A DNA stretch of 64,000 nucleotides, from assembly GCA_963665295.1 (NCBI GenBank), contig OY762209.1:64001-128000 (forward strand), written 5' to 3'. Source of the DNA: Syntrophorhabdaceae bacterium (lineage in GTDB: Bacteria; Desulfobacterota; Syntrophorhabdia; Syntrophorhabdales; Syntrophorhabdaceae). The notes beneath the pieces were generated by a model that worked only from the letters and a program-made list of their open reading frames with translations, was not told the origin of the DNA and made no database searches. Shown piece by piece: positions 8,273-18,218 of this stretch (the stretch's first letter is position 1; the number at the start of each line of letters is the position of its first letter). The position numbers were made by a program, and so were the translations under genes.

Positions 8273-10020
8273 TTATGCCTTGCCCCTCATTTTCTGGGTC
8301 GCACTTTCGTAAAGTTCAAAGGTCTCAGGGTCTATACTGACCTTGTACACATTTCGTGCCATCTCGATTGAAACAAGGCCGTTCTTCACGTCCCACCTTA
8401 CTGCTTCGGGGTCTCTCTCCTCGGGACGTCCTACGCCTCCGCCACCGCCGGCCTTGCAACAAAGGTGTCGCCCGCCTTCAGCTGCATGGAGATGTGGGGC
8501 TCCTTGATCTCCATCGTCTCGCCGTCCCGTATGATATAGGCTTTGTTCAGAAGGCTCGGGAAACCGCCCTGCTGACCTTTGCCCGTGGTATGCCACCCAT
8601 CACAGGGCCCCATGTTCGAAAAACACTCTATGGACTCGTTCACCGCTTCCCAATGTACGCCGGGGGCGCTTCGCCACTTTCCCGCGCCGTGTGAATCGGT
8701 CATGAACTCGTATTTTGTCACGCGCCACGGGAACCTCACCATCTCTTCTTCGGCGTCGGCCTTGGCAACGACACCGAGGGTGCTTCCCGTAGCAAAACAC
8801 TGATAACCGTCATTGCCATAGGTCGCCCCGGCCCCGGCATCGGGACAGAAGGTAATGTACACATACAACTCAGGCGGCATCGATCTCATATCCGGGCCGA
8901 TGAACATCAGCTCGAAGGGTCCGGGATGGGCTGCAACTGCCTTCTCCGGGAGGGCTTGTGATAGTGTATCCATCACGCACTCTATGACCTTGGTGCCGAC
9001 GAGCGAGGGTGCGGCAGCCACGAGGGCTCCGGGCCGTGCATTGCACACGGTGCCTTCTTTCGCGATTATGTGAAAAGGTTTCAAGCTTCCTTCATTGTGA
9101 TAAGCCGCGAGTTCGTGTCCGAAGAACATGAAAGCCGCGGCCAGCGACATGCTCAGGGTAACGGAATAGCCCATATTGGCGTAGCCTTTAACCTGTGGGT
9201 CACTCTCCGAGAAATCAAAGGTCGCCTCGTCGCCCTTAATGGTCAACGTACACCTGACTGTCACGGGAGCCCCCATCCGGGCGCCGTCGTCATCGGTCAG
9301 CGCTTCCGCGTAATAGGTCCCATCGGGCCACTTTGCGATCTGCGCGCGCACCGCTTTTTCCGTACGATTGATCATTTCGTCGATGCAGGCATAGAGTGTT
9401 TCCGTGCCGTATCTCTTAAGAACGTCGATGACCCTCTGCTCCGCCAATGTGGTGCTTCCGATAAGAGACCGGATCTCCCGGCCCATCATCTCGGGCAAAC
9501 GGTTGTTGGCAAGGATGAAATTGAGCACATCCTGTCTGTATTCGCCCCGCTCCATGACCTTTATGGGCGGGATATTAAGGCCTTCGGCAATAGAGTCGAA
9601 AGCCAGGTAATAGGCCCCGGGCTGAGAGCCGCCGTTATCCGGTACGTGGGTGCCCATGGCGGTCCAGAACACCAGTTCATCCTCGAAGAAGATGGGCCGC
9701 ACGAAGACCCAGTCGGAAAGGTGGACGGCCCCGGCTGCGAAAGGACTGTTAGTCAGGAACACATCACCAGGATAGATATTTCCCTCGAATTGTTTCTGCA
9801 CTGCCTTTATCTGAAAGGTACTCGAGAGCAGACGGCACGGAAAACCTTCGGGAATTGCTATGGCTTGAGCCCTGGCATCCCATATTCCGTAGGCCAGGTC
9901 GTGAAGGGTACATGCCAGTACATTGGTTGCCGTCCTTTCGATATGTTGACGCATCTCCCTGCAGATCCTCTGCAGGGCATGCCACGTTGTCGCTATGGTA
10001 ATCGGATCAGTCTGTACCAT
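8273..10020 (-). pseudogene. Hydantoinase B/oxoprolinase family subunit with a single-base frameshift near 8453 (or sequencing error)
   Basis: AVHLSD, HVPDNGG, EGLNIPP, SHGAGKWR motifs; the conserved GGGGGVGRPEERDPEAVRWDV tail lies in the adjacent frame (ORF 8273-8596). Confidence 0.8.
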
Positions 10021-10022
10021 GG

Positions 10023-12092
10023 TTATATCCTCCTCACAATAAAATCGCCATACTCGTCGACCGTGCACTGCCACCCTTCAGGTATTACCGTCGTGGTCAA
10101 CGGGTGCTCTATAATCGCATTTCCTGAGATCACATTTCCTGCTTTCAATTTCTTCGCATCGTAGATGTTCGTCTCTTTATAGCTACCATTAAAGCAGCAT
10201 TCCCTCTTCGGTTTCTGTGCTCCCGAAGCGTCTGCCGTCCCGGTTTCTATCTTTTCCATCTTTATCTTCTGTCCCTTGGACTTGGCTATCAATCGCAGAT
10301 TCCTGATTTCCACGGGAACCCATGGCATGGAGAAAGTGTAGAGTTCCTGGTGTGTCTTATGGAACTCCGCAGTGAGCTTTTCAATGTCCTGAGCGGTGAT
10401 ATCCTCCTCAGGAAGGCTTACCTCAACCTCGTGATACTGTCCGGCGTAGCGAATATCCGCAGTCTTGATAAGGGTAAGGTCCTTTCTTGATACGTTCAAC
10501 ACTTCGAATTCTTTCAGGGCTTCCCCTATCATATCTTCATAGAGGTGATTGATGTCGCCCGGATTAGCCTTGGTTGTGGGGCAAATATAGGACCTCACAT
10601 AGTCTCGCCCGATATCGAGGGAGAACATGCTCCACGCGCTGAAGGTTGGGGCGAACCGGGGGATAACGACCTTCTTTATGTTGAGCAGGTCTGCGATAAA
10701 CATGGCGCAGAAGGCGGTGGATCCGCCGATCGCCAACAGGCTGAAATCCCTCACATCATAACCCTTCTTCGTTGATATCTCCGTGATACCGTCTGCCATA
10801 TTCGCATTGACCGTGGTAAACATGGCCTGCGCCGCTTCCTCTACACTCATCTTCAACGGGTCTGCAACCTTCTTTAATGCCGCCCTGGCTGCATCGACGT
10901 CCAGCGGCATTTTGCCGCCCCAGAATTCTTTGGCGGGAAGATACCCCAGGACTACCGCAGCATCAGCAACGGCAGGCTCCGTTCCGCCCTTTTTATAACA
11001 ACAGGGTCCCGGAAAGGCTCCGGCGCTCTGGGGACCGACCTGCAACAGACCGAGGGAGTTGATCCAGCCGATGCTTCCGCCCCCTGCTCCTATGCTTGTG
11101 ACATCCACTGCTTTGATTCCGACCCTCTCCTCTCCAAGCCAATATCCTGAAGTCAAAGAGACGTCGCCTTTATAGATCAAGCTTGCATCGAAGGTCGTGC
11201 CACCCATGTCACCGCCGAGAAGATTGGGTTCCCCTATAAAGTTCCCGAGGAAAACACCACCTGCCGGTGCGGCGGACGGGCCGGAGCCGATCAGATAAAC
11301 CGGTTTCCGTTTCAGTGCGGTCACAGACTGTGCAAGCTGGTTTGCCTGGATGATGAAGAGCTGGCCCTTAAACCCATGGACGTTCAGGCCTTTCTCAAGG
11401 GCGGTGGTGTATCTGGCCACGACAGGACCGACACACGCGCTCACAACGGCGGTGCTTGCCCTCTCATACTCACCCATGGTGGGAAGTATATCGGCCGAGT
11501 AGGTAACGAACACATCGTCGCCCAGGAATTCCCGGCAAAGCTCGGCGGTCGTCCTTTCATTCTCCGGATTGGCGTAGGAGTTGATAAAACATATGGCTAC
11601 CGCCTCCACCTTTTCCTTCTTCATTTTTTCAATGATGACCTTCAGCTCTCCTCTGTTGATGGATTTGCTGACGGTGCCGTCGAAGCGTGTTTCTTCTTCC
11701 ATTACGAACCTCAGGTACCGTGGTACTATCGGGTCGTAAGGGGGGATAAGGGCTTCATACATCGATTTTGTTTCAATCTTGTTTGCCCGGCGCATCTCAA
11801 TAATATCCCTGAAGCCCTTCGTGGTGATCAATGCTGTCTTCGCCAGGTTTCTGGTGACGACAGCATTGGTAGCCACGGTGCAACCATGGACCAGCAATTC
11901 AACCTGGCTCACGAATTTTTCAAAAGGCAGGCCGTAACCGAGGGCAGCCTCGCCCATGGCATCCATAACGCCCTGCTCGAACTGACCATCTTTGGGAGTA
12001 CTCGGCGCCTTGAATTGACGAAGGTTTCCCTGTTCATCCGAAACCACGCAGTCCGTAAACGTGCCCCCTATATCAACGCAGACTTTGTACAT
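10023..12092 (-). CDS. Hydantoinase A/oxoprolinase family, ATP-binding subunit
   Basis: VDIGGTFTD, SGPSAA, DMGGTTFD, SIGAGGGSI, GPQSAGAFPGP, RYAGQYHE. Confidence 0.95.
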   Translation of the reverse strand: MYKVCVDIGGTFTDCVVSDEQGNLRQFKAPSTPKDGQFEQGVMDAMGEAALGYGLPFEKFVSQVELLVHGCTVATNAVVTRNLAKTALITTKGFRDIIEMRRANKIETKSMYEALIPPYDPIVPRYLRFVMEEETRFDGTVSKSINRGELKVIIEKMKKEKVEAVAICFINSYANPENERTTAELCREFLGDDVFVTYSADILPTMGEYERASTAVVSACVGPVVARYTTALEKGLNVHGFKGQLFIIQANQLAQSVTALKRKPVYLIGSGPSAAPAGGVFLGNFIGEPNLLGGDMGGTTFDASLIYKGDVSLTSGYWLGEERVGIKAVDVTSIGAGGGSIGWINSLGLLQVGPQSAGAFPGPCCYKKGGTEPAVADAAVVLGYLPAKEFWGGKMPLDVDAARAALKKVADPLKMSVEEAAQAMFTTVNANMADGITEISTKKGYDVRDFSLLAIGGSTAFCAMFIADLLNIKKVVIPRFAPTFSAWSMFSLDIGRDYVRSYICPTTKANPGDINHLYEDMIGEALKEFEVLNVSRKDLTLIKTADIRYAGQYHEVEVSLPEEDITAQDIEKLTAEFHKTHQELYTFSMPWVPVEIRNLRLIAKSKGQKIKMEKIETGTADASGAQKPKRECCFNGSYKETNIYDAKKLKAGNVISGNAIIEHPLTTTVIPEGWQCTVDEYGDFIVRRI

Positions 12093-12163
12093 ATTATTAC
12101 CTCCTTACGCTTTTTTGCCGTCTCATGTGTCCCCACCTTCACTTTCCGCAAACCGGACCCGGG

Positions 12164-13438
12164 CTACTTCCGACAAACATAGGGTAACATAGCTGCCCCT
12201 TTAAATCCTTCTGTCAACAAGTACTTGGGGTTGTATTTCTCTCTTCCCAGTTCTGCGTTTGCGGAGCATCTGCCGGGCAGACAGAGGTCGAATCCCACCC
12301 AACAGAGGTTATCCTTTTTGCATTTCGTAATGTCTTCTATCCTGCCTTCCTTGACTTTGTTGGGAAGGTCGGGGTCGGCTACGAGGGGTCTTCCAAGGCC
12401 TATCATGTCCGTGATTCCCTCGTTCAGGGCCTCTTCCGCCAGATCGGGTGAATGTACGCTCGCGGTAAGAATGGGAACCTTCACTACGTCCCTGAGCTTT
12501 CTCGACCACTGCAGGAAACCGCCGTCGTTCTTGTCATCCATCCTGCAACCTGGAATAGGCGGAAAACCGGCCGTGGTGCTCCAGTAATCGATACCCAGTT
12601 CCTGCAGTTTCTCAGCCAGCTTTCTCGTGTCGTCGATGGTATATCCGCCTGTACCGCCGCACTCGCTTCCCACTCGTACGCCGATGGTGAAATCCTCTCT
12701 TTCCTCTCTCAATGATTTGATGACCGCCTCGGCATACTCGAGGATGAACCGGTGCCTGTTCTCCCAGCTCTGGGCGCCGTACTGGTCCGTCCTCTTGTTG
12801 AACCTCGGATCACGGAACTGGTCCAATATATAATGATGGCACAAATGCAATTCCACTCCGTCAAACCCCGCGAGGACCGCCAATTTACAGTTCTTGGCGC
12901 TTTCCTGGATGAGCTGCTGCATTTCCGCAACGGTTATCGCCCTTGGCTTGGGATGGGTCATATACTTTTCCGTCAACCATTTGCCTTTCATCCTGCTTTT
13001 GAGAATCGTCTCAGCCTGGCCATGGGATTGATCGGTACCAAACACGTAGTCGATGTCCTCCGACGGGGCGAAGGGCTGTACGTCATCACGCATCGGATTC
13101 CCTCTGCTGCCGCTCGCAGGCAATATCTGCATAATGGCCTTGGATCCGGCCACATGGATACTCTCGGCCAGCATGGTCATCCCGGGTATATGTTCGATCG
13201 AGGTCAGGTACGGCCATGGAATATTTGCAACCGGCTTCCCTATATCAGTACACAGAATTGCGCCGACGATGCAAAGGCCTGCGCCGCCTTTTGCCCTGGC
13301 CACATAATATGCGATGTCAGTCTCGGTGATCAGTCCCGTCCAATCGGGAAACAAAAAATTGCACGGAGCCATGACGTATCTATTCTTGAGTTCTGTTGAT
13401 CCAATTTTTAAAGGCGAAAATAATTTTTCGTAAGCCAT
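12164..13438 (-). CDS. NADH:flavin oxidoreductase (Old Yellow Enzyme family)
   Basis: LKNRYVMAP, AGFDGVELHLCHHY, NKRTDQYG, GRPLVADPDLPNK. Confidence 0.92.
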   Translation of the reverse strand: MAYEKLFSPLKIGSTELKNRYVMAPCNFLFPDWTGLITETDIAYYVARAKGGAGLCIVGAILCTDIGKPVANIPWPYLTSIEHIPGMTMLAESIHVAGSKAIMQILPASGSRGNPMRDDVQPFAPSEDIDYVFGTDQSHGQAETILKSRMKGKWLTEKYMTHPKPRAITVAEMQQLIQESAKNCKLAVLAGFDGVELHLCHHYILDQFRDPRFNKRTDQYGAQSWENRHRFILEYAEAVIKSLREEREDFTIGVRVGSECGGTGGYTIDDTRKLAEKLQELGIDYWSTTAGFPPIPGCRMDDKNDGGFLQWSRKLRDVVKVPILTASVHSPDLAEEALNEGITDMIGLGRPLVADPDLPNKVKEGRIEDITKCKKDNLCWVGFDLCLPGRCSANAELGREKYNPKYLLTEGFKGAAMLPYVCRK

Positions 13439-13550
13439 TTCAGTGTTTCTCCTTTCCATCATAATTATATTTATCTAAGCTGCGTGTATCACCCTGCTTC
13501 AACCACTGCGTGTTATCTTCAAGTCCGCATCTTCCCGCCAAGGTTCTTTC

Positions 13551-14789
13551 CTATTCCGCCATGAGCAAGGGATGAGCAATCATCATATCCTTGCTGGGGA
13601 TTGAGTTGAGAATCTGAACACCCTTGTCGGTCACCACGAGCATCTCTTCCACCTTGATCCTGCCCAGGCTCGGATCGATAGGATCCAAAGCCTCAACAGC
13701 CATGGTCATACCCTTTTCATAGGTTTGAGGATGATCCAACGACCAAAGCCTGTTGGTCACAGGATATTCATAAAGGCTTAAGCCCAGGCCGTGGCCCATG
13801 TCGTCGCACCATGCGGCCTCTTCAGACGTGAAACCTTTCTGTTCAGCCGATTCCCAAAGTCTCGCTACCTCAGCCGTGGTGACGCCGGGCTTGATGGCAT
13901 CCAGGACCCTGTAGAGCCGGTCATTCATTCTTTTGTACTTCTCCTTCATCTTATCTGTCGGTTTTTGTCCCACCACGGCATTACGGTAGAAACAGGTGTT
14001 ATATCCCATGTAGGTGCAACGGACAAAGTCGACCGTTACCACGTCTCCCACTCGTACAATCTTATCGGTAACCTGAGCGGGACCACCGGAACTTACAATC
14101 ACCATCCATATATCTTCCGAACCGGCTCTGTACATGGCATCGTTTGCCACTGCCACCAAGTCCCTGTCCCGAACGCCCGGCTTTAACGCATCGTACAAAG
14201 CGCACCAGCCCACTTCCGCTATGGCCACGGCCATCCTCAGGCAGTTGATTTCATCGTCTGTCTTAACGGCCCGTGCTTCAAGCATCACCGACATTGCGCT
14301 CACAGTCTCCAGCCCGGCTTCTTTCAATGCCAGCCGGCCCGGTTCGTCAACGCTGTCAATACCTATCTTCTCTTTTTCCAAACCCCGTTCTTTTAACTCT
14401 CTCTTTATTTGTTCCGCGAATTTCTTTGCCGAATCCCAGACCGCATCAGGGCCACAGGCCTGGTTCGCCCAGTGAAAAGACTGCCTGATGTTTTCAGGCT
14501 TTATCCAGGGGTGTATTCCCGCGAGGGTGCCGTGAGATTCATAAAGGACAGGGTCATGACCTTCAGTCACAAGGGTGTATCTGCTCTGATCGATGAAATC
14601 CAGACCCCTGCCGCCTGTAGCATACCGAATGTTCTCAGGTCGGGTGAGCACACATGCCGCAATACCGTGCTTTTTCAACGCGGCACGGGCCTTGGCCAGT
14701 CTTTCCTCCCTCATGCGGCTAAAATTGATTCCTTCAGTCCAGTCTGCCCCACTCACCCCAAACGTGAGCTTCGGTGCTGCCTCTATCAT
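13551..14789 (-). CDS. M24 (Xaa-Pro peptidase/creatinase) family hydrolase
   Basis: Creatinase-like N-domain, ARAVKT, GHGLGL, KVEEMLVVT. Confidence 0.88.
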   Translation of the reverse strand: MIEAAPKLTFGVSGADWTEGINFSRMREERLAKARAALKKHGIAACVLTRPENIRYATGGRGLDFIDQSRYTLVTEGHDPVLYESHGTLAGIHPWIKPENIRQSFHWANQACGPDAVWDSAKKFAEQIKRELKERGLEKEKIGIDSVDEPGRLALKEAGLETVSAMSVMLEARAVKTDDEINCLRMAVAIAEVGWCALYDALKPGVRDRDLVAVANDAMYRAGSEDIWMVIVSSGGPAQVTDKIVRVGDVVTVDFVRCTYMGYNTCFYRNAVVGQKPTDKMKEKYKRMNDRLYRVLDAIKPGVTTAEVARLWESAEQKGFTSEEAAWCDDMGHGLGLSLYEYPVTNRLWSLDHPQTYEKGMTMAVEALDPIDPSLGRIKVEEMLVVTDKGVQILNSIPSKDMMIAHPLLMAE

Positions 14790-14862
14790 TTTTCGACCTC
14801 CTTTTCACTTACTGCCCGGATGCCTGAAATCCGCACTGCTCCATCCGGTGCCATCGCATCTC

Positions 14863-15321
14863 TCACGACGCCATTTTCGGAATGTGACAAGCTTTCTTAG
14901 CCATCGCTACGCCCATAGGGGCGAAGATCAGGCTTGCTACGTAAATCGCAACCAGCGCGAAGGGATAAACCTTCAGCCATGCAAAAATGAAGAACGGACG
15001 GGCCGGTGCGGGTAAAAAGTAGAACACCATGGCAAGGGACATGAGCGTTGCCATTACAAGAGTTGCCACGGCCGTTGAGATCAGCGCCGCCGGAAAGGTA
15101 AAGGGTTTTGTTCTGCAGGCAGCCGCCAGCTTGTCGCCCCACACGTTGAACGGTATTACGAGACTCAACACAAAACTGATTACAAAGGAGACGGCGAAGC
15201 CTTCGAGAAATATCGGCCAGTTTACGAAACCAATAGATACGATGGGCAACAAGATGCTCAGCACAACGGAAAGCACGATTGACATCCACAGCGCCATGAT
15301 CACGACGAATTTCTTGTTCAT
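14863..15321 (-). CDS. Small integral membrane protein (about 4 TM, DUF2798-like)
   Basis: GAAGGAGG RBS; four hydrophobic segments. Confidence 0.7.
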   Translation of the reverse strand: MNKKFVVIMALWMSIVLSVVLSILLPIVSIGFVNWPIFLEGFAVSFVISFVLSLVIPFNVWGDKLAAACRTKPFTFPAALISTAVATLVMATLMSLAMVFYFLPAPARPFFIFAWLKVYPFALVAIYVASLIFAPMGVAMAKKACHIPKMAS

Positions 15322-15591
15322 CAATTATCCTCCTTCTTCATAATTTAACCCCCGCTTGAGACCACCCAACATGAACGAGACATCGGCTCGAGCCGAACAT
15401 TCGGCGAGCCTTTTCCGCACACCGATTCTGTCATGTCCACGTTGCCGTAGAACCTGATCTTCCTCTCAGTGACCGTCTTGATTGAGCCTCCCACAGGAGA
15501 CCCCGGACCTGATTCAGACGACCCCGTCACTTCTTATTCACCTCCTTTCCATAAGATTTCACTGCTTTTCCTTCGAGGGACCCGCCCCATA

Positions 15592-16953
15592 TCAGAGGCC
15601 GAACATCTCCTTTGCCGCTTCCCTCAGCTCATCCTGAAAATCCGGGTGGGCTATCGAAATCAATGCCTCCGCCCTTTCCCGAATGTTCTTACAGTCCAGG
15701 TTGGCGACACCGTATTCAGTGACTATGTAATCTGCATAGAACATGGGAACCCCCACTGCGGCCCCGGGCTGCAACCGCGGTACTATGCGGGACGCCTTCC
15801 CGCTCAACGCGGTAGATTGCAGAGCAAATATCGACCGTCCGCCCTTCGAGTAATGGGCGCCGAGACTATACTCCAATGAACCTCCGGGACTGCCGATAGG
15901 CATTGCTCCCACATGGGTAACCACCATCTGTCCGAGAAGATCCACTGCCAGACCGTTATTGATGGCGACCATATTGTTCTGCTGCGCAATTCTGGGCACG
16001 TTGCACATATAGGAGATGTCACGAAATTCAAATGCGGGGTTATTGGTGATGTACTTCAGGGCCTCGGGAACCCGGGAATCCGCACCCGTATAGGTACGGA
16101 AACTCGAACAGACACTTTTCCCTCGATCAACATTCTTGTTGTTGTCGGTGATAATGCCCCGCTGTTTCATCTCGATCAACTGACGGAAGGTGAGTTCCGT
16201 ATCAATGCCGAGATCGTTCTTATCCTCAAGGAAGCTTATGACGCCTTCCGAGGCAGTACCGGTTCCTATTTCCAGTGTGTCTCCATCATTGATCAGCATG
16301 GCTATGTTGACGCCTATCACCTGGGATAACTCCCAGTCCTCCACCGAGGTGGCCGGCGCGTGATCCCCGCCCTTCACTGCATCCTCTTCAGCCGGGGCTT
16401 CGACGAGGTAGTCTATCCTGTCGATGTTGATATATTCCCCATTGACCCACGGAATGGCCGGATCGATTTCCGCTATTATTACCTTCGCCGTCTTGCAGGC
16501 AGTCGGCGAGAACCAGGTTTGATGCCCGAAACAGCAATCACCCTCACTGTTCGGAGGTGTCAGCTTGAGAAAGAAGAAGTCTTTAAAGTGATAAAGCCTT
16601 CCCCTGTTATCATCCAACTGCCTCACGCCGTCGCTAAGCCCGAATACCGTGGGCCTCCAATCGATCCTGTGCTCCTGCACTTCCTTCCGGGTATGTTTGA
16701 GAGGAAAGCCGTCCTGTATATTGAATGCCTTTGCCATCTCAGGATTCTCCCGGGGATGAAGGAAGGGATAATCCTCCACCCAATGGGACGTTATTGTTAC
16801 ATTTTTCAGTTCCTTATATCGTTTGGCCAACTCCAGGCCGATATCCCTGGGTTGGTTCATCATAGAAAACAGCACTTCTGAATCACTGGTAACCAGCTTT
16901 GCCGCCTGTTCGGCGCTCAGCAGCTTATCCTTATACTTGTCCTGCCATCTCAT
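15592..16953 (-). CDS. Acetyl-CoA hydrolase / 4-hydroxybutyrate CoA-transferase family protein
   Basis: DLGIDTE, AINNGLAVDLLGQ, SKGGRS, DYIVTEYGVA, ERAEALISIAHPDF. Confidence 0.92.
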   Translation of the reverse strand: MRWQDKYKDKLLSAEQAAKLVTSDSEVLFSMMNQPRDIGLELAKRYKELKNVTITSHWVEDYPFLHPRENPEMAKAFNIQDGFPLKHTRKEVQEHRIDWRPTVFGLSDGVRQLDDNRGRLYHFKDFFFLKLTPPNSEGDCCFGHQTWFSPTACKTAKVIIAEIDPAIPWVNGEYINIDRIDYLVEAPAEEDAVKGGDHAPATSVEDWELSQVIGVNIAMLINDGDTLEIGTGTASEGVISFLEDKNDLGIDTELTFRQLIEMKQRGIITDNNKNVDRGKSVCSSFRTYTGADSRVPEALKYITNNPAFEFRDISYMCNVPRIAQQNNMVAINNGLAVDLLGQMVVTHVGAMPIGSPGGSLEYSLGAHYSKGGRSIFALQSTALSGKASRIVPRLQPGAAVGVPMFYADYIVTEYGVANLDCKNIRERAEALISIAHPDFQDELREAAKEMFGL

Positions 16954-17065
16954 ATCCCGACCTCTCCTCTATACCAAATGGACGATGACGCACTTTCAAT
17001 GTTTCAAAGGATTTTTCGAAAGCCTGTACCCGTCATCCTCCCTTCGTTCGCGCGCAATGAAGGCT

Positions 17066-18199
17066 CTAATACCCAAGCCGCTCGGCGAGCAGTTTCCTCT
17101 GGAATCGAGCGTCACCGAAGACGATCTCCCCGACCTTCGAGTTCTTAAAATATCGATGCATTTCGTGATCTATTATCAGGCCATAACCCCCATGGACCTG
17201 ATGACCGAGGAGACAAACCCGCCTGTAGGCGTCGCTTGTCCATGTTTTGGCCATAGCCGCCTCTATAGAGAAGGGCATTCCCTCACTGATCCTCCACACG
17301 GCCTCATAGGTGATCATCCGTGACGAATCGACATCGGCCAGCATATTGGAGCAGTGATGCTGAATGGCCTGAAAGCTGCCGATGTGGCGGTCAAACTGCT
17401 TCCTGTCCTTTGCGTACTGAACGGTAAACTCCAGGACCTTCTGGCCCCCGCCCACCATTTCGCAGCATTTTGCCACCGCAGCCCGGTCCAGTATTCTCTG
17501 GACGTCATTCCACCCACCGTCCAATTTACCCAGGATGTTCTTCTTCGGCACCTTCACGTCCTTGAAGACGACTTCGCACACCATGTCGGCGTTATGTGCC
17601 TTCTCGGCCGTGCAGGTCACTCCGGGGCTCTTTGTCTCTACGATGAAGATCGTAATTCCGTCTTCCCCTTTTGCGCCCTCCTTTGTCCTGGCAACGCACA
17701 GCATGTACTCGGATAGGTGAGCATCGGTCACGAACAGCTTGGTGCCGTTCAGCACATAGTCGCCCCCGGAGGCGGTTGCCTTCATGGCGACTCCCTTCGC
17801 GTCATAAGTTCCACTCGCCTCAATAAGGGCCAGGGTAAAGATGGATTCCCCGCCGGCTATCTTCGGTATAAAGGCCCGTTTCTGTTCCTCGTTTCCGAGT
17901 TCCATAATAGGCAGACCACCGAGAATCACCGTGGAAAAGAAGGGACTGATGGGCCGCACCCTGCCGATTTCCTCGAGGAGCAGCGCGAGGTCCTGGAAGG
18001 CCATACCCGCGCCGTCATACTCTTCCGGGAATACCAGCCCCATCCATCCCATGTCGGCCATTTCCTGCCAAATCTCGGGGGAGTAGCCCACCTCTCCCTC
18101 ATCTATCTGATCAATGACTTCTCTCGGATACTTCTGCTCCATAAACTCGCGAGCCGATTTCAACAATATTTCCTGCTCTTCTGAAAGAGTTAAATTCAT
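17066..18199 (-). CDS. Acyl-CoA dehydrogenase (probable non-catalytic subunit of a heteromeric pair)
   Basis: LNGTKLFV, RKQFDRHIGSFQAIQH, QVHGGYG; C-terminal IVFGDA lacks Glu. Confidence 0.9.
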   Translation of the reverse strand: MNLTLSEEQEILLKSAREFMEQKYPREVIDQIDEGEVGYSPEIWQEMADMGWMGLVFPEEYDGAGMAFQDLALLLEEIGRVRPISPFFSTVILGGLPIMELGNEEQKRAFIPKIAGGESIFTLALIEASGTYDAKGVAMKATASGGDYVLNGTKLFVTDAHLSEYMLCVARTKEGAKGEDGITIFIVETKSPGVTCTAEKAHNADMVCEVVFKDVKVPKKNILGKLDGGWNDVQRILDRAAVAKCCEMVGGGQKVLEFTVQYAKDRKQFDRHIGSFQAIQHHCSNMLADVDSSRMITYEAVWRISEGMPFSIEAAMAKTWTSDAYRRVCLLGHQVHGGYGLIIDHEMHRYFKNSKVGEIVFGDARFQRKLLAERLGY

Positions 18200-18218
18200 T
18201 CGCACACCTCCCGAATAA

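Noticed and set aside
15345..15530. 61-aa ORF with a strong AGGAGGTG RBS inside the operon
   Set aside because: No recognisable motif, and it overlaps a hairpin; it cannot be supported as a gene from sequence alone.
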